From Rhizophagus irregularis (Eukaryota): DNA of 64,000 nt. Every line of letters starts with the position of its first letter. Position 1 is the stretch's first letter. The translations under genes were made by a program, and so were the position numbers. The notes beneath the pieces were generated by a model. The model was not told the origin of the DNA. It did not search any database and saw only the letters and a program-made list of their open reading frames with translations. Of the stretch, positions 1 through 13,400 are shown in pieces. Where the stretch lies: NCBI RefSeq assembly GCF_026210795.1, contig NC_089432.1, forward strand, positions 186,001 to 250,000, read 5' to 3'.

Positions 1-448
1 GGGGTCAAATTTTCATTTTTCCATTGTTGACCAGAGCGATAATCTTACCATTTTTTTTAATGAACTGATGTGCCGTTTACAGGGGTGTAAGGAAACTCCT
101 GTTCTTTAAATTTCCCTTGCACTTCAGATTTTTTCTCAAAGGAAGGTTAAAAGAATTTCTGGCACTATTTTGAAAAGAAAAAATGAAAAACTATTTTGTT
201 TATTATTATTATTTATAGAGTATATGTCACTGACCAATTTGGAAACAATTAATAAATTCCAAATTGGGAAATGATTGTGCTACATGACTCCAAAAAAGAA
301 GTTACGTAATTACGTTCCCATTCTTTATAGTATCATGACAAAAAAAAAAAAATACTATTTAGTATATAATAAAATAAATTTTTTACTTTATTTATATAAT
401 AATGAATAATACAAATATTTATAAACTAATATTATATTCTTGAATTAG

Positions 449-1936
449 TTAATAATGATAATAAAAATAATAATCTTCTTCTTCATCTTTTTCTTCTTCA
501 TAACTCCTTTTAGTCATAAATTTAATAGTACCAAAACTTTCATATTTATTAATTATCTTCATATTTTCTTCATAATCATCAAAATCATTATGATGACCTT
601 CATTTTTAATAATTATTAATTTAAGTAATTTTTTTGGCGTCCTATTATTCCAATTTATAAGAAATGATTCCAAATCTTCTTGAGATAAATCTGATTTTTT
701 ACCAATATTGTATATTTTTAATTCGCAAAAATTATTTTGTGAATGATTTACAATAGTTTCTAATACTTGTTTTTGACTTAAAAACCTTTTCCCACACTGA
801 ATTTTAATACCTTCCAAGTTTTGACAACTACAAAGTATAGTTTTTAATACATCTAGTTCATCATTCTTAAATATTACAAAGAGTCTTCTAAGGTTTGGAC
901 AAAATTTAGCAACAGATAATCTTAAAGCTTTATCACTTTCAGATGTATAAAAATATTTGAGAGTTTGTCCATTATGTTCTAAAAAATTCATCACATGTTC
1001 GGGGTTTGGACATAGAGAAGGAAATTTTAAAATTTGTAATTTAGAAAAATTAGCATGCTGTAAATTTGAAAAATCTTCATAATCATTTTCATCAAAAAAT
1101 GTAAATGCAATTTCTTGTAAATTTGAGAATGAATTAATAAATGATAATGGTGAATTATCATTGCCACTATAAATATGTAATTTTGTTATAGTATTAGAGT
1201 GTTTTGTTAAAGCAGGTATAATATTTGCCCAATTCAAATCAAAAGCTATTAAGTTTAAATGTCTCAAATTATTTTGCAAAGAAATTAATTCTATTAACTC
1301 ATTTGAAATATCATTACTAAATTCTATAGAAATTGATTGTAAATTATGACATACTTGAGATAATTGATGAAAGAAATTAGAAGGAAAATTTGAATTACAA
1401 CATAATTCTGAAAGATTCCTTACTCCAGGAAAATGAGTGAAAGAAAAATTGATGTTAGAGCAATAACAAGTCAATTTTTCTAAAGAATAAATTTGATTCG
1501 TAAACATTTTGATAATTTCATTTACAACTAAATAATTTCTATCTTTTATACTTAATGGACTAGTAGATGGTTTGGCTTCAAAGAAATCAACAACCAATCT
1601 AATAATTTTATGTGTTAAAAGAACTTTGCAAAATGCTGCATAATTGAAAAGTGGTGGTTTTGAAGTAGGTGTTGAAATGAAAATTTTATTTATATATAAG
1701 AGCTCTTTTGATTCGTTGGGAAGACAAGCAATTAATGTACTAAGAATAGATGATGTTACTTTCAATGGACGTTTTTGATAGTAACTCTTAAAATTCCAAA
1801 TATTCCTCCATAAAATTTTAACAGAAATTCCACACAAAAGACGATCAACTAACAAACATGAATGTAAAGTGTGCTTATCTTCTTCTAAATATTCAATAAT
1901 TTCATTATAACAGTCGGCTGGGAGTTGATAAGACAT
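449..1936 (-). CDS. F-box / LRR (RNI-like) protein, Glomeromycota-expanded family
   Basis: 495-aa intronless ORF with an N-terminal F-box-like motif (LPADCYNEIIEYL...LHSCLLVDRLLC...ILW), the family motif PLFNYAAFCK, and leucine-rich repeats (CHNLQSISI, NLRHLNL, CPNLRRL, CQNLEGI). Confidence 0.8.
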   Translation of the reverse strand: MSYQLPADCYNEIIEYLEEDKHTLHSCLLVDRLLCGISVKILWRNIWNFKSYYQKRPLKVTSSILSTLIACLPNESKELLYINKIFISTPTSKPPLFNYAAFCKVLLTHKIIRLVVDFFEAKPSTSPLSIKDRNYLVVNEIIKMFTNQIYSLEKLTCYCSNINFSFTHFPGVRNLSELCCNSNFPSNFFHQLSQVCHNLQSISIEFSNDISNELIELISLQNNLRHLNLIAFDLNWANIIPALTKHSNTITKLHIYSGNDNSPLSFINSFSNLQEIAFTFFDENDYEDFSNLQHANFSKLQILKFPSLCPNPEHVMNFLEHNGQTLKYFYTSESDKALRLSVAKFCPNLRRLFVIFKNDELDVLKTILCSCQNLEGIKIQCGKRFLSQKQVLETIVNHSQNNFCELKIYNIGKKSDLSQEDLESFLINWNNRTPKKLLKLIIIKNEGHHNDFDDYEENMKIINKYESFGTIKFMTKRSYEEEKDEEEDYYFYYHY

Positions 1937-2449
1937 TTTTAAAAAAAAAAGAAATTAAAAATAATAAATAAAAAAATTGTTTTAAGGCAGGCGTAAGAAA
2001 TGAGAAAAAACTTTGTTTTTACGCCTTTGTGTAATAAATATACGGACGTCAATTACTGTTGTGTAACAAATTTAACTAAATCAATATTGTTGTGTGGATC
2101 GACGATATGCAGAAATCGGAAAAATCGGTAAAATTTCGGCATGCATCTGAAGATCTGTGCTAGTGTGTAAGTTACCGCTTACACCTAGTATAACTTACCG
2201 AGTCATATGATTCACGTATGTTATGATCTTTAATTTTGGCAATAATTTAATTCCGGCCCGCTTTAGGCTCCGTACTGTGGTTATCTTTCTAGAGCAAAGT
2301 GATTCTGTGACAATGTCATCTGACTGAAAAACTCCCAATACTCAGTATAAAAGAGACCTTTATTAGACTTCATCGTCCCTATTTTAAGATGTAGTTCGGC
2401 TCTTACTTTATTTATTTATTTATTTTATTGAGAAAACTGGTTGATTTGA

Positions 2450-3400
2450 CAGAATACAAACTAGAATAAGAAAAAAGTCAAAGAAAAGATTAGTCTAATA
2501 GCCCACTGAAGTACTTTATTAATATTGGACGCCTACACCAGAATATACGAACCCGTCTTTTATGAAAGAGAACTATCCTAAGGGAAACTGAGTCGAAAGA
2601 GAGGAATTAGATGTCAAAAGAGGGGAAAGAAGAAAAAATAGAAATCGAAACATCAAAATTTAAATATGATTTGACCAGTTATCTGTACCATTTGTCGTTA
2701 CGTCTGTTGGTGAGTGGTGACAAATTTTTTAGCGTTCAAAATAAACGTATCGATTAACTTAATCCTGCCAAATAACAATAAGTTACCCCGCTAATTGAGA
2801 CGAATCAAATAGTAGTAAGATCATCTTTCTAGGTATATAATTGCCGACAAAACGAGTTGATAGATGTTGGTCGAGTTATAGGGAAGTATCGAATGTCCAG
2901 TGTTCGATGTATAGCATAGGAGTTTGTCCTTCGTAGTAAGTCTTTTGAATTATTTTACCCTAAATGATATCCTTGATTCTTTCAGACCACATGTAGCGAC
3001 CCGGGAATTCTTTGGCAGGCATGGATCGTTTGTTTAATAGGAATGGATGGTCGTTTAGTGAAGGGTTTTGGATAATGTTTAAGTGGAAGTGTTATATTTA
3101 GATTTTAGAGCACCAAATATCGAAGACATTTGGCGCAGGTCATGTTTTAATGCGAATAGTTTGTTTAATTTCCCGGCCATAATAATATAATTGGTCCGGA
3201 ACATGATATGTTTCTTTTCTGACCTTTAATGAAATGAAAATTTTTTGAGTCAGTAACAAAGTATAATATGGGGAATATGCAATAATTCTAATCTATTAAA
3301 GGTGCGTAAAGAGGTTGTAAAAAATCAGATGGTGTTGAGCAAGCTATTTGATTGTCGAAACATTAATGATGTTAGGATAAATCCTATTATGGATAGCCGA
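2450..3400 (-). mobile_element. Degenerate non-LTR retrotransposon (LINE-like) ORF2 fragment
   Basis: Stretch is richer in GC than its flanks. Broken minus-strand frames give peptides such as MWSEKNQGYHLG..IQKTYYEGQTPMLYIEHW, resembling the region between RT and RNase H of Glomeromycota LINEs (recognised from memory). Many stops; boundaries approximate. Confidence 0.4.
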
Positions 3401-3854
3401 GTTACATATTTTTTGGGGGAGAGACCGGGAGACGAGGATTGTTTAAAGTAGTTTCTAATAATACGATTAAATTGGTTACATTGCGAGGGCTAGATGAAGA
3501 AGTTTTATTTTTTTTATTCAAGTAAAGTATTCGATATTGGCGAGATGAAGAAGTTTTTATTTTTTTATTTTTATTTTTATTTCTCAGAGTAAATAAAGTT
3601 ACAGTAAAGATTACAAAGAAACTATATAATAGAATCAAAAGTAATACATAAATAAACTGATAACCAAATCTTCATTAAAGACCGCTTCACTGGTGGTAAA
3701 AAAAGGAAAAATCACAGGAGGGTAACACCCTTACCCGAATGGCCGCATCAAAAGAAAAAAAAAGAAACTAGCTGAGAGAGAATATATCTTTCTAAAAAAG
3801 GAAATATTTTAGCATAATTCTGGCTGGCATTATAAAATTGGTCCAAGTTATTCT

Positions 3855-3950
3855 TAACGGATAATATCCAGATATCCGTCGATATCCAGAAATTCTGTCC
3901 GTTCAATCGAATATCCGCAGATATCCATTTTTTAACGGATAGCGGATATA
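3855..3950. repeat. GGATA/TATCC-rich patch, probable subterminal repeats of a DNA transposon
   Basis: Dense cggata/tatccg/gatatcc motifs in both orientations; a similar patch occurs at 46570-46695. Confidence 0.4.
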
Positions 3951-4449
3951 AACTCTATTATTGGAAGACCAAGAGCCCAAATGTGAAAAATTCAATGAAG
4001 TCCACCGTATATGGATCAATTCGTGAGTATCGTTTGGAGTCGGTAACGTAAATCCTATGTGTCGGCGTTCTCGCGAGACAGGTGCGCTACTAGTGGCGAG
4101 ATGAAGAAAATATTCGATTCGTGCTACCATCAACCTGATCTGAATTTTCTTTGTGTAATTTATTCCCTGTCCTACTTCTCATCTGCATGTCAGTACATAA
4201 ATTTGCTGCCTTTTTACTTTTTCTATATCTTGACTCATGGTACTTCTATTTTTTCTTATTTCGTCATTTTTCTGTGTACCTTTGTATGATTTCACCTTCC
4301 TTTTTTCTTAAATCTATTTCGCGTCATTTATTTTTTGCTGCGCCTCACAAAAGTCTTGATTTTGTTTTCAGTTGTTTCAAATCTCTCTTCTATAAAGATC
4401 AAAGATCAAGACGTTAAACCGTACGAAACGTTAGGAATATATGGAAGAA

Positions 4450-6290
4450 AAATGATATCTTGATTACGTGTGCTCAACATGAAAAAAAAATGAGACGTAG
4501 ATTATAATTTAAGGATAAATATGATTGAAGAAATAGTTGAAGCTGAAAGTGAGGAGATAATTAATATATTGAAAACCAATTTAATCGATAACGAAAGTTC
4601 GAAATATTTAAAGAAAAAATTGTTCGTTATAATAGATTGTCTGAAATTAAAAAGTCTGGTGAAATATAAAGGGAAAATCGAATCGTATTATTTAGTGATT
4701 TGGATACAGTAATAAGGCAAGGTATGGATTACGCCAGGAATGAAGTTAAAATTAGTGTATAGCAAGAAACGAAAGCGAAAATAGAGTGCGTGATCATGGT
4801 TTTATTATTGCTGGGTAGTGACAACGAAATATGTGTGGGAGTAAATAACAAAGTGCTAGCGTCGATACAAGAGTTTATGGAGATAGCTAGCCATCGAAGG
4901 AAAATAGATGATGAGCATTATATAGAATTAATGTTTATAAAATATTGGTTAAACCTTTAATAATCATATTGACATATGCAGTATCAGTGAGTTAAGAAGT
5001 TTAGACATTACTAGAAAAGAGGTAAGAAAATTTAATTTGGGAAGGAAAAACACAACGGCACATATTTATGAGGTATCGTTGATAGTTGAAGCGTTAGTAG
5101 TAAATGACTATAATTTGTATTGGAAAAATAATCTGATTGTAAGCTGGGCAAAAAAGCGTACAGATGCAATATGGAAAAACGAAATTCTAAATTGCGCCAA
5201 AATAGAAGACCTATCTTATTATAATTTCAGAGATGGGTTTGATTGGGTGAAATCTCTGGATTTCATCAATAACAGAAATGATTATAATAAATACCAATGC
5301 AGCGACGCAGATACAAAGGACAAATCATATAAGATTAAAAACCTACTCAAAGAATTACCCTACATACAGTGTTTTGTACAAGAGGGGAGTAAATGGTATT
5401 AATAGTGAATTATGTCTTAAATGCGCGCGAAAAAGAGATTGATAATTGGGACCACGTGTGGCTATGCGAATATAACGAGTTCACCATAAGAGAAGTTATT
5501 GAGCCAGCAATTTTCGAATTTAAAGAAATATTACAAGAAAAAGGAGATCCAAATGATATAGAGATTCTACGGGATTGTAATATTCAATTTATTCAATGTT
5601 TACAAGAACATTCCCAGGTGCTATTGGGTTTACCAGAGAATGGGAAATGTTAAGGGGAATATACAACAACGCTTTTAATGATATATCGAAAGACAGAGAA
5701 ACGAAGAAGATAATTTGATAATTTTTAACTTATGGTCGTATTGTTATGATCAACTGAAGATTAAAGTTTGGATTAAAAGGTGTGAGGAAGTAACTGAAAT
5801 AGAACAAAAAAAAGGGATTAGCAGAATGGATAAAAGAAAGCGTAAATTGCAGGTAAAAGATAGAGAAGAGGAAGGAGATTTAGGGAAGAAAAATAAAGAT
5901 AATATTATAAAAAACACAAGTAAAATAAATAAAAAACTAAAAAAAGATGAAGAAAAATTAATCAATTTGGTAACGAGTGATAAAGCATTACAAAATATTA
6001 TAGATAATAGAACAATTAAAAAATCATGATATAAGGTAAATAGGATGCTATAAGATGGAATAGTTATAGTGACGAAGTATACTTAGTTATTAGAGATTAA
6101 TATCTAGATTTTATTAATTTAGTTTTAGTTTAGTTAAGTAGTCCTGACAACTTATAAATAGTTAATATTTAGTTATAGAGAATTTATTAATTAATTTAAT
6201 AATTTTCTAGGTATTTTAATAATTATGTAATCTTTGATTCTTAATAATAAAAATTATGTTACTAAATTTTTTTTTTTTTAAAAAAAACTT
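4450..6290 (+). mobile_element. 5'-truncated, degenerate LINE: 3' part of ORF2 with C-terminal zinc-binding motif and AT-rich 3' end
   Basis: ORFs 4521-4712, 5037-5402, 5393-5653 and 5715-6029 join across frameshifts into ...FDWVKSLDFINNR...KIKNLLKELP...NSELCLKC...DNWDHVWLC...KIKVWIKRCEEV, i.e. a CxxC...H...C zinc motif and W..RC motif typical of LINE ORF2 C-termini. T and A tracts follow at 6266-6287. Confidence 0.65.
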
Positions 6291-6733
6291 TTTAATAAAA
6301 GTTTCTGAGTTTAACCTGGTATTTTACTCATTTTCTTGAAAATATTAGCAAAACAACAAAAAAGTCCATTTATTTTACCGCCAAATACAGAAACCGGTAA
6401 TCTTGAAAAGTTTATTAATAAAAAAACTTGTTTAGTTATAAAAAGCGTTACTAAACTCATCTTGCGTGTAAACACTCCATTTTTAAACCCTCCTAATTAT
6501 TTTTATTTCTTTATTTATTTTTTAAAACGTGAAATTTAATTTTGAAACCGAATATAGAAAATTGATGGACATTTTTTGATTGGCGTTCATTCGCGTTCAT
6601 TCATAGTAGTACAGCATGTAATAAATTTATATAAATCGTACTTTGATTTTTAAATTGATACTTTTAACATACTTTTTTTGAAAGTTCCTTTTTTACGTAA
6701 ATTTAAACTTTTTCTATATAATCATAATTTATA

Positions 6734-7879
6734 ATGTCCGAAACTTTTAAAGGATATTGTGAAACAGATGATTATTCTAAATTTTTAATAAACAATAATG
6801 ATATACCAAATCCATTACATATGAAATTATTGCAAGTTACTCAAAGTTTTAATAAATTAGATATAAAGGAAATAGAACCTACAACTCAAGATATTAATAA
6901 GAACATTTATGAGGAAGATTTGAGCGTTATAATTAATAAATTGGTTGACCTTTATTTTGAAATATTAAATAAAGGAAAAGATGAAAAAGTAAGAGCTCGA
7001 TTTGTTCTTAATTATATTGATAAGTATGATATTAAACCAGAAGAAATGTATAATTGGCTTTTAAATAATCTATCTAATAGTTCTAATAGTTCAAATTATG
7101 TTTATTTATTTGGATATTTCAATCACCACGGAATTGGAACCAATGGTAGCAGAAGAAATGCACTTTTATTATATAAAATAGCAGCAAGATTAGGAAATGT
7201 TGCAGCGCAATTTGATCTTTCCTCTATGTACATATATTTTGAAAAAGATCATGATAGAGTTTTTAAAATATCTGAAAAATTATCTGAAGAAAATTATCCA
7301 AGCGGAATATTCAGATTAGGTTTTTGTTATGAAAATGGGATTGGAACTGATGTTGATGAACGAAAGGCATTTCAATTATATCAAAAAGCAGCAAAGTTAG
7401 GAAATTCACAAGGAATAAGTAAATTAGGATGGTGTTATGAATATGGAATTGGAATTAATGTTGACGAACAAAAAGCATTTAAATTATATCAAGTGGCAGC
7501 AGATTTAGAAAATCCTTTCGGAATAACTTACTTAGGAAGTTGTTATGAAAATGGAATTGGAACTGAAATCAATACATATAAAGCATTTGAATTATATAAA
7601 AAAGCAGCAGAATTAGGAAATTCATATGGAATAAATAACTTAGGATATTGCTATAATAACGGAATCGGAACTGATTTGGATGAGCAAAAAGCATTTAAAT
7701 TATATCAAAAGGCAGCAAAATTGAGCAATAAGTTGGCTCAATATAATCTTGCTTTAATGTATGAAGATGGTAGTGGAGTTGAAAAAAATATAGATCAAGC
7801 AATTTATTGGTTTAAAAAGTCTGCTGAACAAGGAGATCAAGATGCTCAAATTAAATTAAATGAATATTTAGAAGGATGA
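6734..7879 (+). CDS. Kinase-free Sel1-like repeat protein (7 repeats)
   Basis: 381-aa ORF. Family N-terminal domain (KEIEPTTQ...EEDL...NKGK...W) followed by 36-aa Sel1 repeats (LG.CYE.GIGT....KAF.LYQKAA). Confidence 0.9.
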   Translation: MSETFKGYCETDDYSKFLINNNDIPNPLHMKLLQVTQSFNKLDIKEIEPTTQDINKNIYEEDLSVIINKLVDLYFEILNKGKDEKVRARFVLNYIDKYDIKPEEMYNWLLNNLSNSSNSSNYVYLFGYFNHHGIGTNGSRRNALLLYKIAARLGNVAAQFDLSSMYIYFEKDHDRVFKISEKLSEENYPSGIFRLGFCYENGIGTDVDERKAFQLYQKAAKLGNSQGISKLGWCYEYGIGINVDEQKAFKLYQVAADLENPFGITYLGSCYENGIGTEINTYKAFELYKKAAELGNSYGINNLGYCYNNGIGTDLDEQKAFKLYQKAAKLSNKLAQYNLALMYEDGSGVEKNIDQAIYWFKKSAEQGDQDAQIKLNEYLEG

Positions 7880-9854
7880 ATGCTTCACTGTGATTCGTGT
7901 TTTAGGCCATTTATCAAAATTATATATTGTTATTAGATAACTGTATGTAGATAATTAATACGAATTACGCCATTAGCATAATAGGTTTATTCATTTACAA
8001 TAAAATTCAATTCTTTTACTTTGCAAAGTTTACGCAAAATATATTCTTCGTTAAATAATCTTTTCTTAGTTTGGTATGTACTGTAAATTATATATCTATT
8101 GACCTGATCCATAAGACCGTTTATGATCGATCCAATCAAATTGGGCTGTCTTTTAGAACAATATACTTGTGCGCCATCTTTTTCTTCCATTGTTAAGTAA
8201 TATATAATTTCACCTTTCTTTTATTAACGTTTTCAATAACCGCGGTGAAAAATTTGAATTTATCATTTATATGTTTTATATGTTTTGTCAGTACACAAGC
8301 GCGGGAAGTTGAAAAAAGTTAATTAGGGCGGAACTATTTTAATGAAATTTATTGTATGTCTATTTTTTGTTACATTATTCTAATTACAACCTCTAACTAG
8401 CTGCAGTACGATCTTTTATCCAGTTGAACGGAAGTTATGTGAAAATTCTATGAAATAATTAATTGTATCTATCGTTATACAAGATTTTAAATTTTAAATT
8501 TATTTATTTCAACTAGAATTTTGAACGATTTTTAGCCAATTTTAGTGATTGTGCTGCGCCTCAGGCGCGCGTCACCTGTACAATAGAGTAAGCACTTTTT
8601 TTTACTTTTCTGTTCTATAACAGATAAGTAAACTTATATAGAAATGACAATTAAATTTACAATGTATAATTTCACATAGATTAGATAAGTTTTCCATGAA
8701 TTTGAATCTAATCAAACCAATATTTTAGGATACATATTTTTATTAAACTGAATATAATATTGCAATAATTTCAGTAGGTAATTTCGGCCCTTACAATATG
8801 CATATCCCGTATCAAAAAAAATTTTTCGATCGGTAAATACAATATTTATTGATCTGTTTGAACTTATTATCATAATAAGCTTTTTAAGCTTTTTTTTTTA
8901 TTATTAATAAAAATAATAATTTAATAAAATTTTTTTTTTAATTAATTTTTTCAATAAATAATTTAGGAACGTGTATATAATTTATTTGTACAATTTAGTA
9001 TACAATTTTCATTTTGGGAGGAATAAAAAAAAAATCTTTTTACAAATTTCTTCAAAAAATGTAATCTAGAAGAGTAAGAAGACTATTATTAAAAGATCTA
9101 ATTTAGTAAGTTTGATTTTTTGGGAAGTTTTGAAAAAAAACTTTTTTTCGGTTCTATTTTTTCTAAAATTATTTCTTTTTTTTTCAATCAGATTTATTTT
9201 GAGAGGGTGTTTTTTTAATTCTTGTGTATCCGTATTCCGTATCTGATGCCGAGAAAGAAAAATTTTCTAATGATTATAATATGTCTGGCAAACGCTTCCG
9301 CCTAGTTTAAAAAAATTGCTCTAAAAAATTTATAGATCAATGCACAGTTCAAATTTTTTTACACTAGAAAAGGAATAATTATATACAGTACATGTATGTA
9401 CTATGTTAATATTTTTTCTAAGAAAATATATAAACTTTAGGCAAACAGTATGAATTAAATTTATAATTTATGACATAGACATTATTGAACTCTGAAATTT
9501 TTATTGAATTAAATTTCCTTTCTGCACTATGGGGTTACTGCTTCCCAAAATAGGGTTGTTCTATGAATACATATTATGCATAGTGAGATAATAAACGCCA
9601 AAGTAGATGCTTAAAACATTGGTGAAATTTTTGAATTTTTACAATAGTTCCTAAAATTATATAAAATAAGATAAATAGTCATGTACTCATGTTCCTAATC
9701 AATTAAGTTTTTTATATGTTTATTCATTGTTCCTGAATTCAGTTTTTGTACATTAACTTTGATGCAGATCGTACAACGAATCATTTAATGAATTATTTAT
9801 GAAGACTACGTCATTGGCAAAAGTGTGCATTTTTGTGGCCGGTGCGCCTGCCGC

Positions 9855-10192
9855 TTTAGGATTACAAGACATGCAAATGGTCTATCATACTGATTATGCC
9901 CGAAATTTATTATCTAACCAAGTTTATCTTTATAACCAACTAAAATTTATATGAAATGTATTTTTAAACATTTATTTCGGGTATGCGCTCGGTTAAAGAA
10001 TTCCTGCAGCAAAAATGTGGCACACTTTTGATTGTCATAATTTAGGATTACAAAACATGCAAATGGTCTATCATACTGATTATGCCAGAACTTTATTATC
10101 TAACCAATTTTATCTTTATAACCATTTAAAGTTTGGATATGAAATTTATTTTTAGACATTTATTTCGGATATACACTCGGTTAAAGAATTCC
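9855..10192 (+). repeat. Imperfect ~150-bp direct duplication upstream of the Sel1-kinase gene
   Basis: 9855-10004 and 10041-10192 both run TTTAGGATTACAA.ACATGCAAATGGTCTATCATACTGATTATGCC...CTCGGTTAAAGAATTCC. Confidence 0.85.
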
Positions 10193-10453
10193 ATCGGAAT
10201 TTACGTGGGCTAAGACTCCGGTTGTATATAAATAAGATGGCTATCAATATTTTGACTTTAACCCACGCACCTCACCATTCAAATTTCTTGTAAAGATCGA
10301 TTTACAACAATATAAATATATCATCGAGCTTTAAAATTTGTCAAATAATATTTGTAAACTATTTAAGATTCAACTTTATTAAGATTTGCAATTTTTTTAA
10401 TTTGTAAAAAAAAAAAAAAGGAATAAGTTGTAAATTTTTTTATCTTAATAAAT

Positions 10454-13400
10454 ATGATAAGGAACAAAATTGATGAATTTGTTAACCCATATTATGCACA
10501 GCATAACCTTGCAAAATTATTTTATAATGGAGAAGTAACAGAAAAGAATTTAGATCATCGTGCAATGCATGATCTTGCAGAATTATATTATAATGGAAAA
10601 GGAGAAACCGAAAAAAATTTAGAAAAAGCCTTTTATTGGTTTCAAAAAGCGGTAGAAAATGGTAATATATGTGCAATGAATCATTTAGCTGTATGTTATA
10701 ACAATGGAGAAGGAACAGAAAAGAATTTAGAAAAGGCCTTTTATTGGTTTCAAAAAGCAGCAGAAAATGGTGATAAAGAAGCAATGTTTAATTTGGCTAT
10801 ATATTATGACAATGGTAAAGGAACAGAGAAGAATTTAGAAAAAGCCTTCTATTGGTATCAAAAGGCAGAAGAAAAAGGTCATGGAAATTCAATGTATAAT
10901 TTAGCTATATGCTATCAATATGGTAAAGGAACAGAAAAGAATTTAGAAAAGGCCTTTTATTGGTTTCAAAAAGCAGCAGAAAATGGTAATAAAGAAGCAA
11001 TGTTTAATTTGGCTATATGTTATAAAAATGAGAAAGGAACAGAAAAGAATTTAGAAAAAACCTTCTATTGGTTTAAAAAAGCAGCAGAAAAAGGTTATGA
11101 AAATTCAATGTATAATTTAGCTTTATGCTATCAATATGGTGATGGAACAGAAAAGAATTTAGAAAAAGCCTTTCATTGGTACCAAAAAGCAGCAGAAAAT
11201 GGTGATAAAGACGCAATGTTTATTTTGGCTATATGTTATTACAGTGGAGAAAGAACAGAAAAGAATTTAGAAAAAGCATTTTATTGGTTTCAAAAAGTAG
11301 CTGAAAATGGTCACACTAATGCAATAAAAATGGCCTTTTATTGGCATCAAAAATCAGCTGAAAATGGTAATGATAATGCAATGTTTAATTTGGCAATATG
11401 TTATAGAAATGGTAAAGGAACAGAAAAAAATATGGAAAAAGCTTTTTATTGGGTTCAAAAAGTAGCTGAAAATGATAATGATAGTGCTATGAATATTTTA
11501 GCTATGCATTATTATAATGGTGAAGGAACAGAAAAGAACTTAGAAAAGGCCTTTTATTGGATTAAAAAATCAGCTGAAAATGATAATAAGCAAGCACAAT
11601 ATATTCTTTCATTATTATATTATAATGGTAAAGGAACAGAGAAGAACTTAAAAAAAGCTTTTTATTGGTATCAAAAAGCAGCAGAAAATGGTCATATTAA
11701 TGCGATGTTTAATTTGGCAATGTGTTATTATAATGGAAAAGGAACAGAAAAGGATTTAGAAAAAGCCTTTTATTGGCATCAAAAGGCGGTTGAAAATGGT
11801 CATACTAATGCGACAAAAAAGTTTTTTTATTGGTGTCAGAAATCAGCTGAAAATGGGAATAAGGATGCAATGTCTGATTTAGCCATGTGTTATGAAAATG
11901 GAGAAGCAACAGGAAAGAATTTAGAAAAAGCCTTTGTTGGTATCAGAAAGAAACAGAAAATAGACACACTGATGCAATATTTAATTTGGCTATATGTTAT
12001 TACAATGGAAAAGGAACAGAAAAGAATTTAGAAAAAGCCTTTTATTGGCATCAAAAGGCAGCAGAAAATAGACACACTAATGCAATGTTTAATTTGCCTA
12101 GATGTTATGAAAATGGAGAAGGAACAGAAAAGAGTTTAGAAAAAGCTTTTTATTGGTATCAAAGTACAGCAGAAAATGGTAATAACCACTATGCTATGCA
12201 TGATTTAGCTGAATGTTATGAAAATGGAAAAGGAATTGAAAAGAACTTTGATAAAGCATTTGGCTGGTATCAAAGAGCAGCAGAAAATGGTAATAAATGT
12301 GCAATGAATCATTTAGCCAAGTGTTATGAAAATGGGAAAGGAACAGAAAAGAATTTAAAAAAAGCCTTTGATTGGTGTCAAAAAGCCGCAGAAAATGGTA
12401 ACATTAATGCAATGTTTAATTTGGCTATATGTTATGAAAATGGAGAAGGAACAGAAAAGAGTTTAGTAAAAGCTTTTTATTGGTATCAAAAAGCCGCAGA
12501 AAATGGTAACACTGGTGCAATGATTAATTTGGCTATATATTATGAAAATGGGGAAGGAACAGAAAAGATCTTTGATAAAGCATTTGGCTGGTATCAAAAA
12601 GCAGCAGAAAATGGTAATAAATGTGCAATGAATCATTTAGCCAAATGTTATAAAAATGGGAAAGGAACGGAAGTAAACCTAAAAAAAAGCTTTTTATTGG
12701 TATCAGAATGCAGCAGAAAATGGAAATGACCATTATGCTATGCATGATTTAGCTGAATGCTATGAAAATGGAGAAGGAACAGAAAAAAATTTAGAGAAAT
12801 CCTTTTATTGGTATCAAAAAGCAGCAGAAAATGGTAATAAATGTGCAATGAATCATTTGGCTGTATGCTATTACAATGGGGAAGGAACAGAAAAGAATTT
12901 AGAAAAAGCCTTTGATTGGTATCAAAAAGCCGCAGAAAATGGTATCACTAATGCAATGTTTAATTTGGCTATATATTATGAAAATGGAGAAAGAACAGAA
13001 AAGAATTTAAAAAAAGCCTTTGATTGGTATCAAAAAGCCACAGAAAATGGTAACACTAATGCAATGTTTAATTTGGCCATATGTTATGAAAATGGGGAAG
13101 GAACAGAAAAGAATTTTAAAAAAGCCTTTGATTGGTATCAAAAAGCTGCAGAAAATGGTAACACTGGTGCAATGTTTAATTTGGCTATATATTATGAAAA
13201 TGGGAAAGGAACAGAAAAGAATTTTAAAATAGCCTTTTATTGGTATCAAAAAGCCGCAGTAAATGGTAACGCTAATGCAATGTTTAATTTGGCTAGATAT
13301 TATGAAAATGGAGAAGGAACAGAAAAGAATTTAGAAAAATACTTCTATTGGAATCAAAAAGCAGCAGAAAAAGGTCATGAAAATTCAATGTATAATTTAG

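Noticed and set aside
3680..3755. GC-rich patch whose minus strand starts GATGCGGCCAT (5S rRNA-like start) with a GGGTAA/TTACCC hairpin
   Set aside because: Similarity ends after ~10 nt, and I could not build a 5S, tRNA or HDV-like ribozyme fold by eye.
3402..4417. Small ORFs 3402-3638, 3903-4133, 4059-4289, 4151-4417
   Set aside because: Low-complexity or non-ATG ORFs within transposon debris; no recognisable domain.
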